Below the pieces are notes generated by a model, which saw only the letters and a list, made by a program, of their open reading frames with translations, was not told the DNA's origin and did not search any database. Shown here piece after piece: positions 26,380-36,355 of a stretch of 64,000 nt of DNA (positions are counted from its first letter, which is position 1; every line of letters begins with the position of its first letter). Origin of the DNA: Candidatus Collierbacteria bacterium. GTDB taxonomy: Bacteria; Patescibacteriota; Microgenomatia; UBA1400; JACPES01. Location: contig JACPES010000005.1 of NCBI GenBank assembly GCA_016183365.1, positions 5,895 through 69,894 on the forward strand, in the 5' to 3' direction. The position numbers were made by a program, and so were the translations under genes.

Positions 26380-27510
26380 ATGATATTTAAGAGACTTGTT
26401 GCCAATCTGGTTCAAAAGGTTCTTTTCCAGGGAAAAATCATCGTCCTCTATGGTCCGCGGCGGGTGGGTAAGACTACTTTAGTTAAACAAATTATTGAAC
26501 AATATTCCGACCAAAGCCTTTATCTTAACTGCGATGAACCTGATGTTCGTCAATCCCTGACGGATAAAACCTCGACGGAACTAATAGGTCTGGCGGGAAC
26601 TAAGAAGTTAGTGGTAATCGACGAAGCCCAGAGAATACCCAATATTGGATTAACCCTAAAACTATTGGTGGATAATGCTCCGCAGATCCAGGTCATCGCT
26701 ACCGGTTCCGGTTCTTTCGATCTTTCAAATAAAATCAATGAACCGCTGACCGGCCGCGCCCATCAATTTCTACTTACTCCATTGTCCTTAGGAGAAATAT
26801 ACCCTGATTTGTTGACAGCCAATCGAATGCTCGAAACCCGACTGATTTATGGAGGATATCCGGAGGTAGTCATCCGGCCTGAACAAGCAAATACCTATTT
26901 GCGCGGCCTTTATCAAAACTATCTTTATAAGGACGCCTTGGAATATCAGCATCTGAAAAAACCGGAATTAGTGGACAAATTGCTAAGCGCTTTGGCCCTG
27001 CAAATAGGCGGAGAAGTCAGCCTAACGGAGTTGGGGGGACTTTTGGGCGTGGATAAGACGACGGTCGCCCGCTATATTTATTTACTGGAACAAGCTTTTG
27101 TAATTTTCCGCCTGCCGCCGTTATCGCGTAATTTACGCAAAGAAATTAATAAAACCAGAAAAATCTATTTTTGGGACACGGGGATCCGCAATGCCATCAT
27201 TAATAATTTTAATCCTTTATCTTTAAGAAATGACATCGGAGCTTTATGGGAAAATTTTGTCATCGTCGAAAGGTCCAAGAGAAACATGAATATTGGATCT
27301 TCTCCCAACTGCTACTTTTGGCGGACCTGGACTAAACAAGAAATTGATTATATCGAAGATTCCGGCGGCCAGTTAAAGGCATTTGAAATCAAGTGGCAGA
27401 AGCCCAAAAAAACGGCTCCGTCTTCTTGGAGACAAGCGTATTCCGCCGCCGGCTGGGAAACAATAACAAAGGAAAATTACTGGGATTTTTTGCTTACTCC
27501 AAAAACCTAA
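26380..27510 (+). CDS. AAA+ ATPase with DUF4143 domain
   Basis: GPRRVGKTT, IDEAQ, ATGS, LTGR, KIYFWDTGIRN, QEIDY, AFEIKW. Confidence 0.9.
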   Translation: MIFKRLVANLVQKVLFQGKIIVLYGPRRVGKTTLVKQIIEQYSDQSLYLNCDEPDVRQSLTDKTSTELIGLAGTKKLVVIDEAQRIPNIGLTLKLLVDNAPQIQVIATGSGSFDLSNKINEPLTGRAHQFLLTPLSLGEIYPDLLTANRMLETRLIYGGYPEVVIRPEQANTYLRGLYQNYLYKDALEYQHLKKPELVDKLLSALALQIGGEVSLTELGGLLGVDKTTVARYIYLLEQAFVIFRLPPLSRNLRKEINKTRKIYFWDTGIRNAIINNFNPLSLRNDIGALWENFVIVERSKRNMNIGSSPNCYFWRTWTKQEIDYIEDSGGQLKAFEIKWQKPKKTAPSSWRQAYSAAGWETITKENYWDFLLTPKT

Positions 27511-27859
27511 GCGTGGACAGGATTTGTTTAAACGTTTCAACCTCTTTCGAAGTGTGGTAATTTCCTGAAATAGTTATTTGATTCTCAAGAGTGAATTGAA
27601 ACCTATAGCGGACAATTTCCATTTTATCAGACCCGTCTCGATATTCATATACGCCCTTAATATTGGTTTCATAATTCTTGCCCAGTATTTTAACCTGCAC
27701 TTTCCCTGTCTCTTGACATTTGCTATTTGCACAAACTGATCCTCCAGCTGTTGAAAAAACCAGATCAGTCCCAATGAACAGAGTTGGCTTATCGTAGTCA
27801 TCAATCGAAAATTTCGATGGAAATATTCTTACCGAATACTCTCTGTAAGAGGGCAGGAT

Positions 27860-27901
27860 TAATTTAATATCCAGCGACGATCGTCGCTGGATATTAAATT
27901 A
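27860..27901. repeat. perfect 42-bp palindrome
   Basis: TAATTTAATATCCAGCGACGA|TCGTCGCTGGATATTAAATTA. Confidence 0.9.
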
Positions 27902-28029
27902 TTTTAAACACCAGTCAATTTATTATTCTCAAATTTTCCAGACTTCTATCATTTTATTTCATTCAGTCTCAACCTTCCATATCCAATCTACTCTCACTCA
28001 TAATGAAAACTTTTATTCTACAAGCCTAT

Positions 28030-29280
28030 TTACTTCTTCACTCCCAAATACTCCACTACTGTCCGGGCGTAGATTTTGGTGATGTCTTTTAAGCTCCCCA
28101 GATCAACATGTTCATTGGCTCCATGGGCGTTTTCGCCGTCCGGGCCGAACCCGGCTACGGTCGGAATCCCCCGGGTGACCAACATCCAGGCATCGTTCCA
28201 CGGTCCGGCGCCAGCGATTTTGGGTTTCCGGCCGGTAACTTCCAGCATATTTTTTAACAACACATCCACAATTTCTTCGTGCTTAGCTATTTCCACGCTC
28301 GGAACATAAACCAAATCTTCTATTTCATAAATGATGTCGGGACAATGAAGCTTGATAGCTTCTTCCATCCACATCTTGACCTGCTTATCGGAATTTCCCG
28401 GCATCAATCTGACATCGCCTTCGGCCACACACTTATCGGGAACTATATTTATGCTGGTGCCGCCGTTGATATTGGTCGGGAAAGTAAAAACCGGAATCCG
28501 GCCGGGAAAGGCCCGGGCCGGCCGATACGGCATCTCAATCGTCTGCAAAGCTATTATCACTCTAGCCATATCCAGAACCGCATTGCGGCCTTTTTCTTTT
28601 TTCTCCCAAGCCGAAAAACCGGTATGAACCGCTTCACCTGAAGTGGTTAAACGAAAGCGGTAACCCCCGCGGTGACCGATAGAGATTTTTCCCGTCCCCG
28701 GTTCGCCGATAATCGCGGCTTTGGCCGAAATTCCTTTTTTAACCAAATATCCTGTCCCATACTGGCTGGAAGCTCCGGGCTCTTCATCAACCACAAATTC
28801 TAAAATTAACCGGCCGTCAAGCTTAACTTTTTCTGCTACCAAAGCTTTCAAAACAAACATATAAGCCGATAAAGTCCCCTTCATATCTAAAGCTCCGACG
28901 CCATAAAGCCGGCCGTTTTCCACCTCACCGGCAAACGGTTTTCTCGTCCAGGTAGAGACTTGCTCCACCGTATCCATATGACCGTTCAATATTAGGGATT
29001 TCCTGAACCTATCCGGTCCAAAATTACAAACCACATTAGTCCGTTCCCGGCTTTCCCCAATCCGCTTAGGCGATAACCCCATATTTTTTATTTCGCTATA
29101 GATCAGTTTAGCCACTTTGGCTTCAACCGGAATATCTTTGGGCGATAAATCAGGAGTATATTGATTCGTTGATCTGGCTTTAACCAATTTCTGTAAAAGT
29201 TCTATCTGATCGGAGAAATTTTTTTCTATCCGCTTTTCTAACCGCTTGATTAAAGAAGAACTGGGAACCGTCTCTGACAT
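28030..29280 (-). CDS. M20 family metallopeptidase (ArgE/DapE-like)
   Basis: LNGHMDTV, GVGALDMKG, VDEE, IIGEP, GFGP...AHGANEH. Confidence 0.92.
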   Translation of the reverse strand: MSETVPSSSLIKRLEKRIEKNFSDQIELLQKLVKARSTNQYTPDLSPKDIPVEAKVAKLIYSEIKNMGLSPKRIGESRERTNVVCNFGPDRFRKSLILNGHMDTVEQVSTWTRKPFAGEVENGRLYGVGALDMKGTLSAYMFVLKALVAEKVKLDGRLILEFVVDEEPGASSQYGTGYLVKKGISAKAAIIGEPGTGKISIGHRGGYRFRLTTSGEAVHTGFSAWEKKEKGRNAVLDMARVIIALQTIEMPYRPARAFPGRIPVFTFPTNINGGTSINIVPDKCVAEGDVRLMPGNSDKQVKMWMEEAIKLHCPDIIYEIEDLVYVPSVEIAKHEEIVDVLLKNMLEVTGRKPKIAGAGPWNDAWMLVTRGIPTVAGFGPDGENAHGANEHVDLGSLKDITKIYARTVVEYLGVKK

Positions 29281-29322
29281 TAAAGTTCATTGTAACACAC
29301 ACAAATAAATACCGAAGATAAT

Positions 29323-29976
29323 TTATCTAAACAGGAATATGGCCAAGCCCCACCCGAAGTGGGAAACCACCGGAGCGATCAAATTCTTGAGCTTCTCTTG
29401 CAAAATCACATTCCCCGTGCCTAAGATAAATAGCATTGTCAGCTGAAAAATTACCGTTTGGGGGGCAAATTTATACCAAAAAATTAAAATCGGAGAGTGA
29501 ACTGCCGCAAACATCGCCGCGGTTAATAGCCGAGGCAGCCAAACACCTTTAATATCAGCCTTAATATGGCTAAAAATATACCCCGGAAACAGCCATTCTT
29601 CCCAAACGGAGGTTAATATGCCGATCAAAGTAAAGGCCAAAATCGAGCTTCCGGTTAACCCTTCCGGCTGAAGATTCCCAAAAGACAGAAAGCTGGAAAA
29701 GCCATAAATCACGACGTATCCTAACCCAAACACCAAACCCCATCCCAAGGCCTTTACCCAATCTCCGCTTCCCCAAACCTCCATAAAGTATTTCAGCCAA
29801 TTTTTAGGCTTTTCAATTAACATCGCTACGCCTACAAATACTATTGGTTTAAGGAAAGTTTCTTCGACTTCCTCCGGAAAGCGGAATACCAGCCTATATA
29901 TCCCCCATAAGACAAATACCACCGCGTAAACCTTAAAAGCGGAATGAAGTTTATTAAAACGCCTGAAGAAAAACAT
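29323..29976 (-). CDS. CPBP (CAAX/Abi) intramembrane metalloprotease
   Basis: WEEWLF, FAAVH, PVVSH motifs. Confidence 0.85.
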   Translation of the reverse strand: MFFFRRFNKLHSAFKVYAVVFVLWGIYRLVFRFPEEVEETFLKPIVFVGVAMLIEKPKNWLKYFMEVWGSGDWVKALGWGLVFGLGYVVIYGFSSFLSFGNLQPEGLTGSSILAFTLIGILTSVWEEWLFPGYIFSHIKADIKGVWLPRLLTAAMFAAVHSPILIFWYKFAPQTVIFQLTMLFILGTGNVILQEKLKNLIAPVVSHFGWGLAIFLFR

Positions 29977-29988
29977 CTTAAAAGTAGC

Positions 29989-30534
29989 CTAGCACAAATT
30001 TTGAGTCCAGTTCAAGTGGCGTGAAATCAGATCAACTTCTTCTTCCGGCGTCATTACTGTCGAGTCCAAAACCAGTTGAAAATATCTGGGGTTAAGAAAG
30101 TCATGATGACCATAGAGATGAGACCATTTTTCTTGGTCCAGTTTTTCCCTGAGAATTAGGAGTTCTTTGGCTTTATCGATAGAATATCCCCGACTGACAG
30201 CGTACCGGCGGATCCGCTCTTCTACCGGGCAGGCAATTAGAATCCGAAGAGCATGACTGATATCGCGGCTTAAAAAACCGGCCAGTTTGGAGGTGACAAC
30301 GACGGAAGACAGAGATTTGAGGGTTGAGATAGTTTCGTTATCTACTTGAAGGTCGATTTCGTCGGCGTATTTTTGAGGATTTTTTTCCAGGTCAAAACCG
30401 GAATGCAGGGAGACATCACGGAAAATTTGACTGGCGTCGCGAAGCGGCCAACCGAGAGTTTGAGATAACTGCTTGACAAGAGTTGACGTCCCGGCTCCGA
30501 TCCTGCCGGAAACGGCGATATTCTTAAACTCCAT
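29989..30534 (-). CDS. archaeal-type cytidylate kinase family protein
   Basis: IAVSGRIGAGTST, SKLAG, LVLDST. Confidence 0.8.
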   Translation of the reverse strand: MEFKNIAVSGRIGAGTSTLVKQLSQTLGWPLRDASQIFRDVSLHSGFDLEKNPQKYADEIDLQVDNETISTLKSLSSVVVTSKLAGFLSRDISHALRILIACPVEERIRRYAVSRGYSIDKAKELLILREKLDQEKWSHLYGHHDFLNPRYFQLVLDSTVMTPEEEVDLISRHLNWTQNLC

Positions 30535-30576
30535 GGGTTATTTTAACACGCCGGTTGCCGGAAATGTTAAAATCTA

Positions 30577-31020
30577 ATGATTATGAAGTTGAATTTGGAG
30601 CAGAAGCGGAAAATCGTGGATTATTTTAGGCGGCGGCCGGAGGCGGCCGGGGTGTATCTTTACGGATCGCAGACCGGGAGCGGGGCGGGCCCCTTAAGCG
30701 ATGTAGATGTGGCGGTAATAATGTCCGGGGAAACGGCCAAAGACAAATATCTTGATTTTCAACTGGAATATATCAACGAAATCCAATCAATCCTCAAGGT
30801 TGATTTGACCGCCGACGTTAAAATTCTTAACGAAGATTACGCTTTAATTTATCAAGCGTCGGTAATTAACCAGGGCGAATTGATTGTCAATAATCGCCCC
30901 AAAGAAGTCGATCAGTTTGCCCATCGGGTAGGAATACTGTATCCTGATTTTTATCCTGTGCTGTCAAATTACTATTTTAAAATGTACCAACGCTTGGAAG
31001 AAGGGACCTATGCCTCTTGA
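30577..31020 (+). CDS. mntA: minimal nucleotidyltransferase antitoxin (MntA-like)
   Basis: YLYGS...SDVDVAV. Confidence 0.85.
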   Translation: MIMKLNLEQKRKIVDYFRRRPEAAGVYLYGSQTGSGAGPLSDVDVAVIMSGETAKDKYLDFQLEYINEIQSILKVDLTADVKILNEDYALIYQASVINQGELIVNNRPKEVDQFAHRVGILYPDFYPVLSNYYFKMYQRLEEGTYAS

Positions 31021-31432
31021 CAAAGACCAAATCAGTCAAAAATTAGCGCAGTTGGAAGAATATATTTCTAAAATTAGAAAATATGGTCAAAGCCCGGAAT
31101 CTGAATTCACGGCCGACTCGATGGTGGAAGCGGCGGCGGAAAGGGCAATTTATAAAGCGGCGCAGCAAGTGATTGATATCGCCCAGTCTATCAGCAGCAG
31201 TTTGAGGTTCGGCCCGCCGCGATTTTATCGGGATTTATTTATTCAGCTGGGAGAACGCGGAGTTATTTCTAAAGAACTGCAACCTAAACTTGAAGCGATG
31301 GCCGGGTTAAGAAATAAACTGGCTCATGAATATGCCGTGATTAATCCGAAAGAAATTTATCAAGTGGCAAAACAAGATTATCAAGACCTGGTTGAGTTTG
31401 CCAAACAGGTGGCATCTTACCTGCAAAAATAA
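31010..31432 (+). CDS. hepT: HEPN/DUF86 toxin (HepT-like)
   Basis: MAGLRNKLAHEY (Rx4H). Confidence 0.88.
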   Translation: MPLDKDQISQKLAQLEEYISKIRKYGQSPESEFTADSMVEAAAERAIYKAAQQVIDIAQSISSSLRFGPPRFYRDLFIQLGERGVISKELQPKLEAMAGLRNKLAHEYAVINPKEIYQVAKQDYQDLVEFAKQVASYLQK

Positions 31433-31437
31433 ACTTC

Positions 31438-31932
31438 CTATATCCGGCAGGAGAGGACGGCGGCCATGGAGGCGGCTAATTGATTTAGGCGGGCGTTGGC
31501 TTCGGGGAGAGTCAAGAAATACCGGTGATGAGGAAAATAATGGAAGGCGAGATTGCGGCTTTGTTTCCAACATTGCCAGAGCTGATCGGACAAATGGGGG
31601 TCGGGGCAGGCGGCCACAATTTGGTCATAGACGTAACCATCATTCTTGAAGCGGGCCGGCAGACTGGGATTTAAGGCCTTGCCGATGCGGAAGTGATCGC
31701 TTTTATACTGATATTCGGTAATAAAGGCATTGGCAAAAAACCATTTCTTTAGGAATCCTTCGTAGGCCTTGGCCATAGGAAAGACGATAAACGAGAAATC
31801 ATGGATTTCTCTAATTTTCAATTTACAATTTTCAACTTTCAATGAGTCAAAAAGCAAATAAGAGAGATTGACCAGGTCGCGCATGCCTTCGTCGAGAAAT
31901 TGATACCAGGGTTGATGGTTAAAATCCGGCAT
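31438..31932 (-). CDS. HEPN-like hypothetical protein
   Basis: DFSFIVFPMAKAYEGFLK and SRNLAFH (Rx4H); heptamer insert. Confidence 0.6.
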   Translation of the reverse strand: MPDFNHQPWYQFLDEGMRDLVNLSYLLFDSLKVENCKLKIREIHDFSFIVFPMAKAYEGFLKKWFFANAFITEYQYKSDHFRIGKALNPSLPARFKNDGYVYDQIVAACPDPHLSDQLWQCWKQSRNLAFHYFPHHRYFLTLPEANARLNQLAASMAAVLSCRI

Positions 31933-31941
31933 AGTACTATT

Positions 31942-33066
31942 TTATATATCATGCCAGCGCTGGTGGGAAGCGGCAATGCCAAGAGTTAGCCAGAAGATAA
32001 CTTCTGTGGCAATGGAAGTAATGTTGGTTTGGGAATAGAAAAGGTATAGGATCAGCGGCAGGAAAACGGCAGTACGGCGCGCCAGCCAAACTGCCCGACC
32101 AATGAGAAGAAGATAAATTGCCAATCCGATAACTCCGGTAGTCGTAAAAACTTCAAGGATGACGCCATGAGCTTTGTCCAGATAAATATCCGGCTGGAAC
32201 TTCATCGGCCAGGGATTAGCGTCAAAAGCATAGTCAACGTTAGCCCAGCCCCAGCCAAATAGCGGCCGCCGGAGCGCTCCATTTAAGACGCTGCGGATAA
32301 TTCTTTCCCGGCTTTCGGGGACAAACTGGCGACTCGGGTACGGCCGGGACCAGGCGGCTTGCCAAAAGTAAACAGCGGCAAATATCATCATGATTCCCAA
32401 CGCAGACACGATGGCTAATTGAATCTGTCGAGACATTTTTTTGACGGCCAGATAAGTGAAAAATATTATGATACCGAGAAGTCCGCCCCAAGATTTAGTT
32501 ATGGCGATAGCCGCAATCGGAAATATGACGGCAATTTTGGACCATCTGTTGCGAAGCATTTCCCAGACGAACGGCAGGGTTACCGTCAGGTAACCGGCAA
32601 GAAAGTTGGGCTGGCCGAAAGCAGTCCGGCCGAAAATAGCTAATATACCGGCTGCCAACGAACCGGTGGCAATGATTTGAAAAGTAAATTTTTGCCATGA
32701 TGATCGCCAAAATAGGGCGGTGAAAAGAAATAGTCCGATTAAATGAGCTAAAGTGAAAAGGCCGTCGCCGCGATAGTAATTCCCCCAGATGCTTTTGAGG
32801 AGATCGGCGCCTAAAATTGAGGCGACTACTGCCCAAAGAAAAAAAGCGATCACCAATCCTAGAAGTTTGCCGTCAATTTTAGAGTTAATAGCGGCCGGAT
32901 TTTTAGCCAATAGGTTGATTAGGGCTGCCAAACCCAGAAGTTCCAGCCAACGACTGATAAACCAGACGCGAGGGATTTCGTAAGGGATTTTCGCCCACGG
33001 CCAAAAAATAAAAGGAGAGGCGGCCAAACCAATGAATAAAACAAATTTGACTTTTTTGGGTTTCAT
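31942..33066 (-). CDS. O-antigen ligase family protein
   Basis: FGQPNFLAGY, RPLFGWG, DKAH. Confidence 0.85.
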   Translation of the reverse strand: MKPKKVKFVLFIGLAASPFIFWPWAKIPYEIPRVWFISRWLELLGLAALINLLAKNPAAINSKIDGKLLGLVIAFFLWAVVASILGADLLKSIWGNYYRGDGLFTLAHLIGLFLFTALFWRSSWQKFTFQIIATGSLAAGILAIFGRTAFGQPNFLAGYLTVTLPFVWEMLRNRWSKIAVIFPIAAIAITKSWGGLLGIIIFFTYLAVKKMSRQIQLAIVSALGIMMIFAAVYFWQAAWSRPYPSRQFVPESRERIIRSVLNGALRRPLFGWGWANVDYAFDANPWPMKFQPDIYLDKAHGVILEVFTTTGVIGLAIYLLLIGRAVWLARRTAVFLPLILYLFYSQTNITSIATEVIFWLTLGIAASHQRWHDI

Positions 33067-33083
33067 ATGTATAATGCCGCCCT

Positions 33084-33671
33084 ATGACAAACGGTATGAA
33101 ATACTATAGCGTTTTGATAATGGCTTTGACAAGTTTAGCTATGCCCGGATGGTTTAAAAGATTGCGTTCCCAGCTTCCCCATTGGAACGCTATGAATAAT
33201 TCCCAAAAAGTGGCATTGATATCATTTGTTTCGCTATCACTGCTGCTACCGATTATTACATTGGCGACATTGGAAGGCACACGGCTGGCATCCCGGGCCG
33301 ATATGCCAGTAACTCCTCCGGTAACGCCGACCCCGACACCCACCCCTATTCCTAATCCACGACGTTGTCTTGCATCAAATTTTGATCTTCCTAATATTAT
33401 GAAAACTAATAATCGCTATGATGGATATTTCTATATAATCAATGGAACCGACGAAACTATCTGGTACAACATCGTATTTAAATCAAATTTAGGCTCCTTT
33501 GGTCCGATTAGCGCTCAAGTCATGGGATTACCACGAAAGAAAACTGCTGTTGGGTTTGCGATTTACAAGGTTGACTCTTCTAAAGCTCTTGGAACGATAA
33601 CTGCGACTACTACTGTTGAAGGAGATTCTACCCCCTGTGACAGTGAAGTACACAGAGTCAAGGTGAAATAA
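33084..33671 (+). CDS. membrane-anchored hypothetical protein with Pro/Thr linker
   Basis: TM segment followed by PVTPPVTPTPTPTP. Confidence 0.65.
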   Translation: MTNGMKYYSVLIMALTSLAMPGWFKRLRSQLPHWNAMNNSQKVALISFVSLSLLLPIITLATLEGTRLASRADMPVTPPVTPTPTPTPIPNPRRCLASNFDLPNIMKTNNRYDGYFYIINGTDETIWYNIVFKSNLGSFGPISAQVMGLPRKKTAVGFAIYKVDSSKALGTITATTTVEGDSTPCDSEVHRVKVK

Positions 33672-33829
33672 ACTCACTGATAAATTCTTTTTTATTTATG
33701 ATAATTTCTTGAGGCGATTTGCTCTTCTATGTTATTCCAACCGCACTAATCCGTTTTCCTTCCGCTTGCTTATTAAATAATTCATAAAACCGCTAAATTT
33801 GTTTATATATTTTATATATAATATTCCAC

Positions 33830-36355
33830 ATGGCGAAGACAAAACCAAGGAAGAAGGTAGAAAGTAGAAGAAAGAATGATAAGAATAAATCACTATTATT
33901 GTGGCAAAAATTTAAAAAATTTGCCTTTACTTTTGAATTGACACCGGAGAATATCCGGAGATCGTGGACTCGAAAAGGGCTAAGGGCCAAGGGCCAAGGG
34001 CCAAGGGCCAAAACTCGCCGCCGATTTCTTATTTACTCATTAGTATTTATTAGTTTATTCGTAATTATTAGTATTTATTTATTACGGGATATTCCCTCTC
34101 CAACCAAACTCGCTTCCGGCAACTTTCCGGTTTCGACTCAAATTTTCGACCGCAACGGCCAACTGTTGTACGAAATTTACGCCGACCAGAACCGGACGCC
34201 GATTAAACTTAAGGATCTGCCGCCGTTTGTCTTGCAGGCGACGATTGCGATTGAGGACAAGAATTTTTACCGGCATTTTGGGATTGATATTTTTGGAGTC
34301 GCCCGGGCGGCGGTGAAAACCCTGACCGGACAGCGGCTGGAGGGCGGATCGACGATTACCCAGCAATTGGTCAAAATGACGCTGTTGACGCCGGAGCGAA
34401 GTTTGAGCCGGAAAATTCGGGAGGCGGCGCTGGCGGTAGCGACGGAAGTTTTATATTCTAAAGATCAAATATTGGAGATGTATTTGAACCACGCGCCTTA
34501 CGGCGGAACGGCTTATGGAATCGAGCAGGCAGCCAAAAGATATTTTGGCAAAAGCGCCAAGGATTTGAGTTTGCCGGAGGCAGCCCTTCTGGCAGGATTG
34601 CCGCAGGCGCCATCAGCGTATTCGCCATTCGGGTCGCGGCCGGAGAACGCCAAACAACGGCAAAAAGATGTGTTGCGGCGGATGAAAGAAGATAGATATA
34701 TCACTTCCCAGGAAGAGAGGGAAACGGAAGAGGCGGTTTTGGAATATTCTACTGCGAATATTCCGATTCGGGCGCCACATTTTGTGTTATGGATAAAGGA
34801 TTTATTGATTGAAAAATTCGGCCAAAAAACAGTAGAGGGTGGAGGATTAAGTGTGACAACAACGCTGGACTTGGCGATTCAAGAAATGGCTCAAGCCAGC
34901 GTGTCAGCCGAGGTAAAAAAACTAAAAAGTTTGCGGGTGGGCAACGGAGCGGCGTTGGTCACCAATCCGGGGACCGGAGAAATTTTAGCGATGGTGGGGT
35001 CAAAAGATTATTTTGATACGGAAAACGACGGCAATGTCAATGTGACAATTCGGCCGCGCCAACCGGGATCCTCCATTAAGCCCGTTATGTACGCTGGCGG
35101 TTTTTCGACCGGAAAACTTACTCCCTCCACTATGTTGATTGATGCGCCGACCTGTTTCAGAGTTCTCAACCAACCGGATTATTGTCCCCAAAATTATGAC
35201 GGTCAGTCCCATGGTCCGGTTCAAATCAGGTTTGCTCTGGGCAATTCTTACAATATTCCGGCGGTAAAATCCCTGGCATATATCGGCCTGGAGGATATGA
35301 TCGCGACGGCGTCGGCAATGGGAATCTCGACTTTTACCGATCCCTCCCGCTATGGTTTGTCGTTAACCTTGGGCGGCGGAGAAGTTACTATGTCCGATAT
35401 GGCCACGGCTTTTGGAACCCTGGCAAATAACGGGGTAAAAGTGCCGCTAAACCCGTTTTTGAAGATAGAAAATTATAGAGGAGAGGTTTTATACCAACGG
35501 ACTACGGAGGAACGACTAAATGATCTTCGGAACACTCAGAATACTCAGAAAGCCAGAGAATCAGACAATCAGAAATTCGGAGAATCAGAGTCTCTGGACT
35601 TCCGATCCTCAGATTCTCTGATAATCCGGTCCTCTGAGTTTTCCGAGTTTTCTGAAATCATCCAGGCTATTCCGGCAGAAGCAGCATACTTGGTCAGTCA
35701 TATTCTCCTGGACAATAACGCCCGGACCGCCGCATTTGGGCCGAGTTCGCAACTGGTAATACCGGGGCAAGTGGTTTCGGTAAAGACCGGAACTACCAAT
35801 GACCTTCGGGACAACTGGACTTTGGGGTACACCCCGGAACGGCTAGTGGCGGTATGGGTGGGAAATAATGATAATAAACCAATGAACCAAGCTCTGGTTT
35901 CTGGCATCACCGGGGCAGCGCCGATTTGGCACAACATCATGAGACAACTGCTATGGAGTCGAAGGCCTATTTGGCCGGAAAGACCGGAAGGGGTGGTCGG
36001 AAAAGATGTCTGCGTTCTGACCGGTCTCTTACCGACGCCAGGAAATTTATGCGATACTCGGCATGAATTTTTCTGGGATAAGTTCTTGCCCGCGAATAAT
36101 TATCCCCTCCAACGGGAGATCTGGATTCGCAAAGATACCGGGACGCCGATTGATCCCAATATTCCGCTGGACCAGCAAGGAGAGTTAGAATTGCAAAACC
36201 ATACGGTTATTTCCGACCCGCTGGTGCCGGAATTCTGTTTGGACTGCGCGTATCCGGTAATTCAGGAGTTAAATCCCGACGGATCGGTGAAAGAGGAGCG
36301 GATCAATTACCCCGGGTCGGTGATTAACACTACGTCATTGCGAGCCCCGCCGTAG
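33830..36355 (+). CDS. class A penicillin-binding protein 1A family, copy 1
   Basis: EDKNFYRH, GGSTITQQ, RKIRE, QPGSSIKP, SYN, KTGT. Confidence 0.95.
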   Translation: MAKTKPRKKVESRRKNDKNKSLLLWQKFKKFAFTFELTPENIRRSWTRKGLRAKGQGPRAKTRRRFLIYSLVFISLFVIISIYLLRDIPSPTKLASGNFPVSTQIFDRNGQLLYEIYADQNRTPIKLKDLPPFVLQATIAIEDKNFYRHFGIDIFGVARAAVKTLTGQRLEGGSTITQQLVKMTLLTPERSLSRKIREAALAVATEVLYSKDQILEMYLNHAPYGGTAYGIEQAAKRYFGKSAKDLSLPEAALLAGLPQAPSAYSPFGSRPENAKQRQKDVLRRMKEDRYITSQEERETEEAVLEYSTANIPIRAPHFVLWIKDLLIEKFGQKTVEGGGLSVTTTLDLAIQEMAQASVSAEVKKLKSLRVGNGAALVTNPGTGEILAMVGSKDYFDTENDGNVNVTIRPRQPGSSIKPVMYAGGFSTGKLTPSTMLIDAPTCFRVLNQPDYCPQNYDGQSHGPVQIRFALGNSYNIPAVKSLAYIGLEDMIATASAMGISTFTDPSRYGLSLTLGGGEVTMSDMATAFGTLANNGVKVPLNPFLKIENYRGEVLYQRTTEERLNDLRNTQNTQKARESDNQKFGESESLDFRSSDSLIIRSSEFSEFSEIIQAIPAEAAYLVSHILLDNNARTAAFGPSSQLVIPGQVVSVKTGTTNDLRDNWTLGYTPERLVAVWVGNNDNKPMNQALVSGITGAAPIWHNIMRQLLWSRRPIWPERPEGVVGKDVCVLTGLLPTPGNLCDTRHEFFWDKFLPANNYPLQREIWIRKDTGTPIDPNIPLDQQGELELQNHTVISDPLVPEFCLDCAYPVIQELNPDGSVKEERINYPGSVINTTSLRAPP
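35526..35657. repeat. family A in-frame inverted-repeat element (PBP copy 1)
   Basis: Encodes RNTQNTQKARESDNQKFGESESLDFRSSDSLIIRSSEFSEFSE. Confidence 0.88.

Noticed and set aside
25935-27804. Short ORFs 25935-26246, 27494-27700 and 27574-27804
   Set aside because: No motifs or credible starts; probably decayed remnants.
33307-33352. Pro/Thr repeat as an inserted element
   Set aside because: Codon-period protein linker with varied codons, common in surface proteins.
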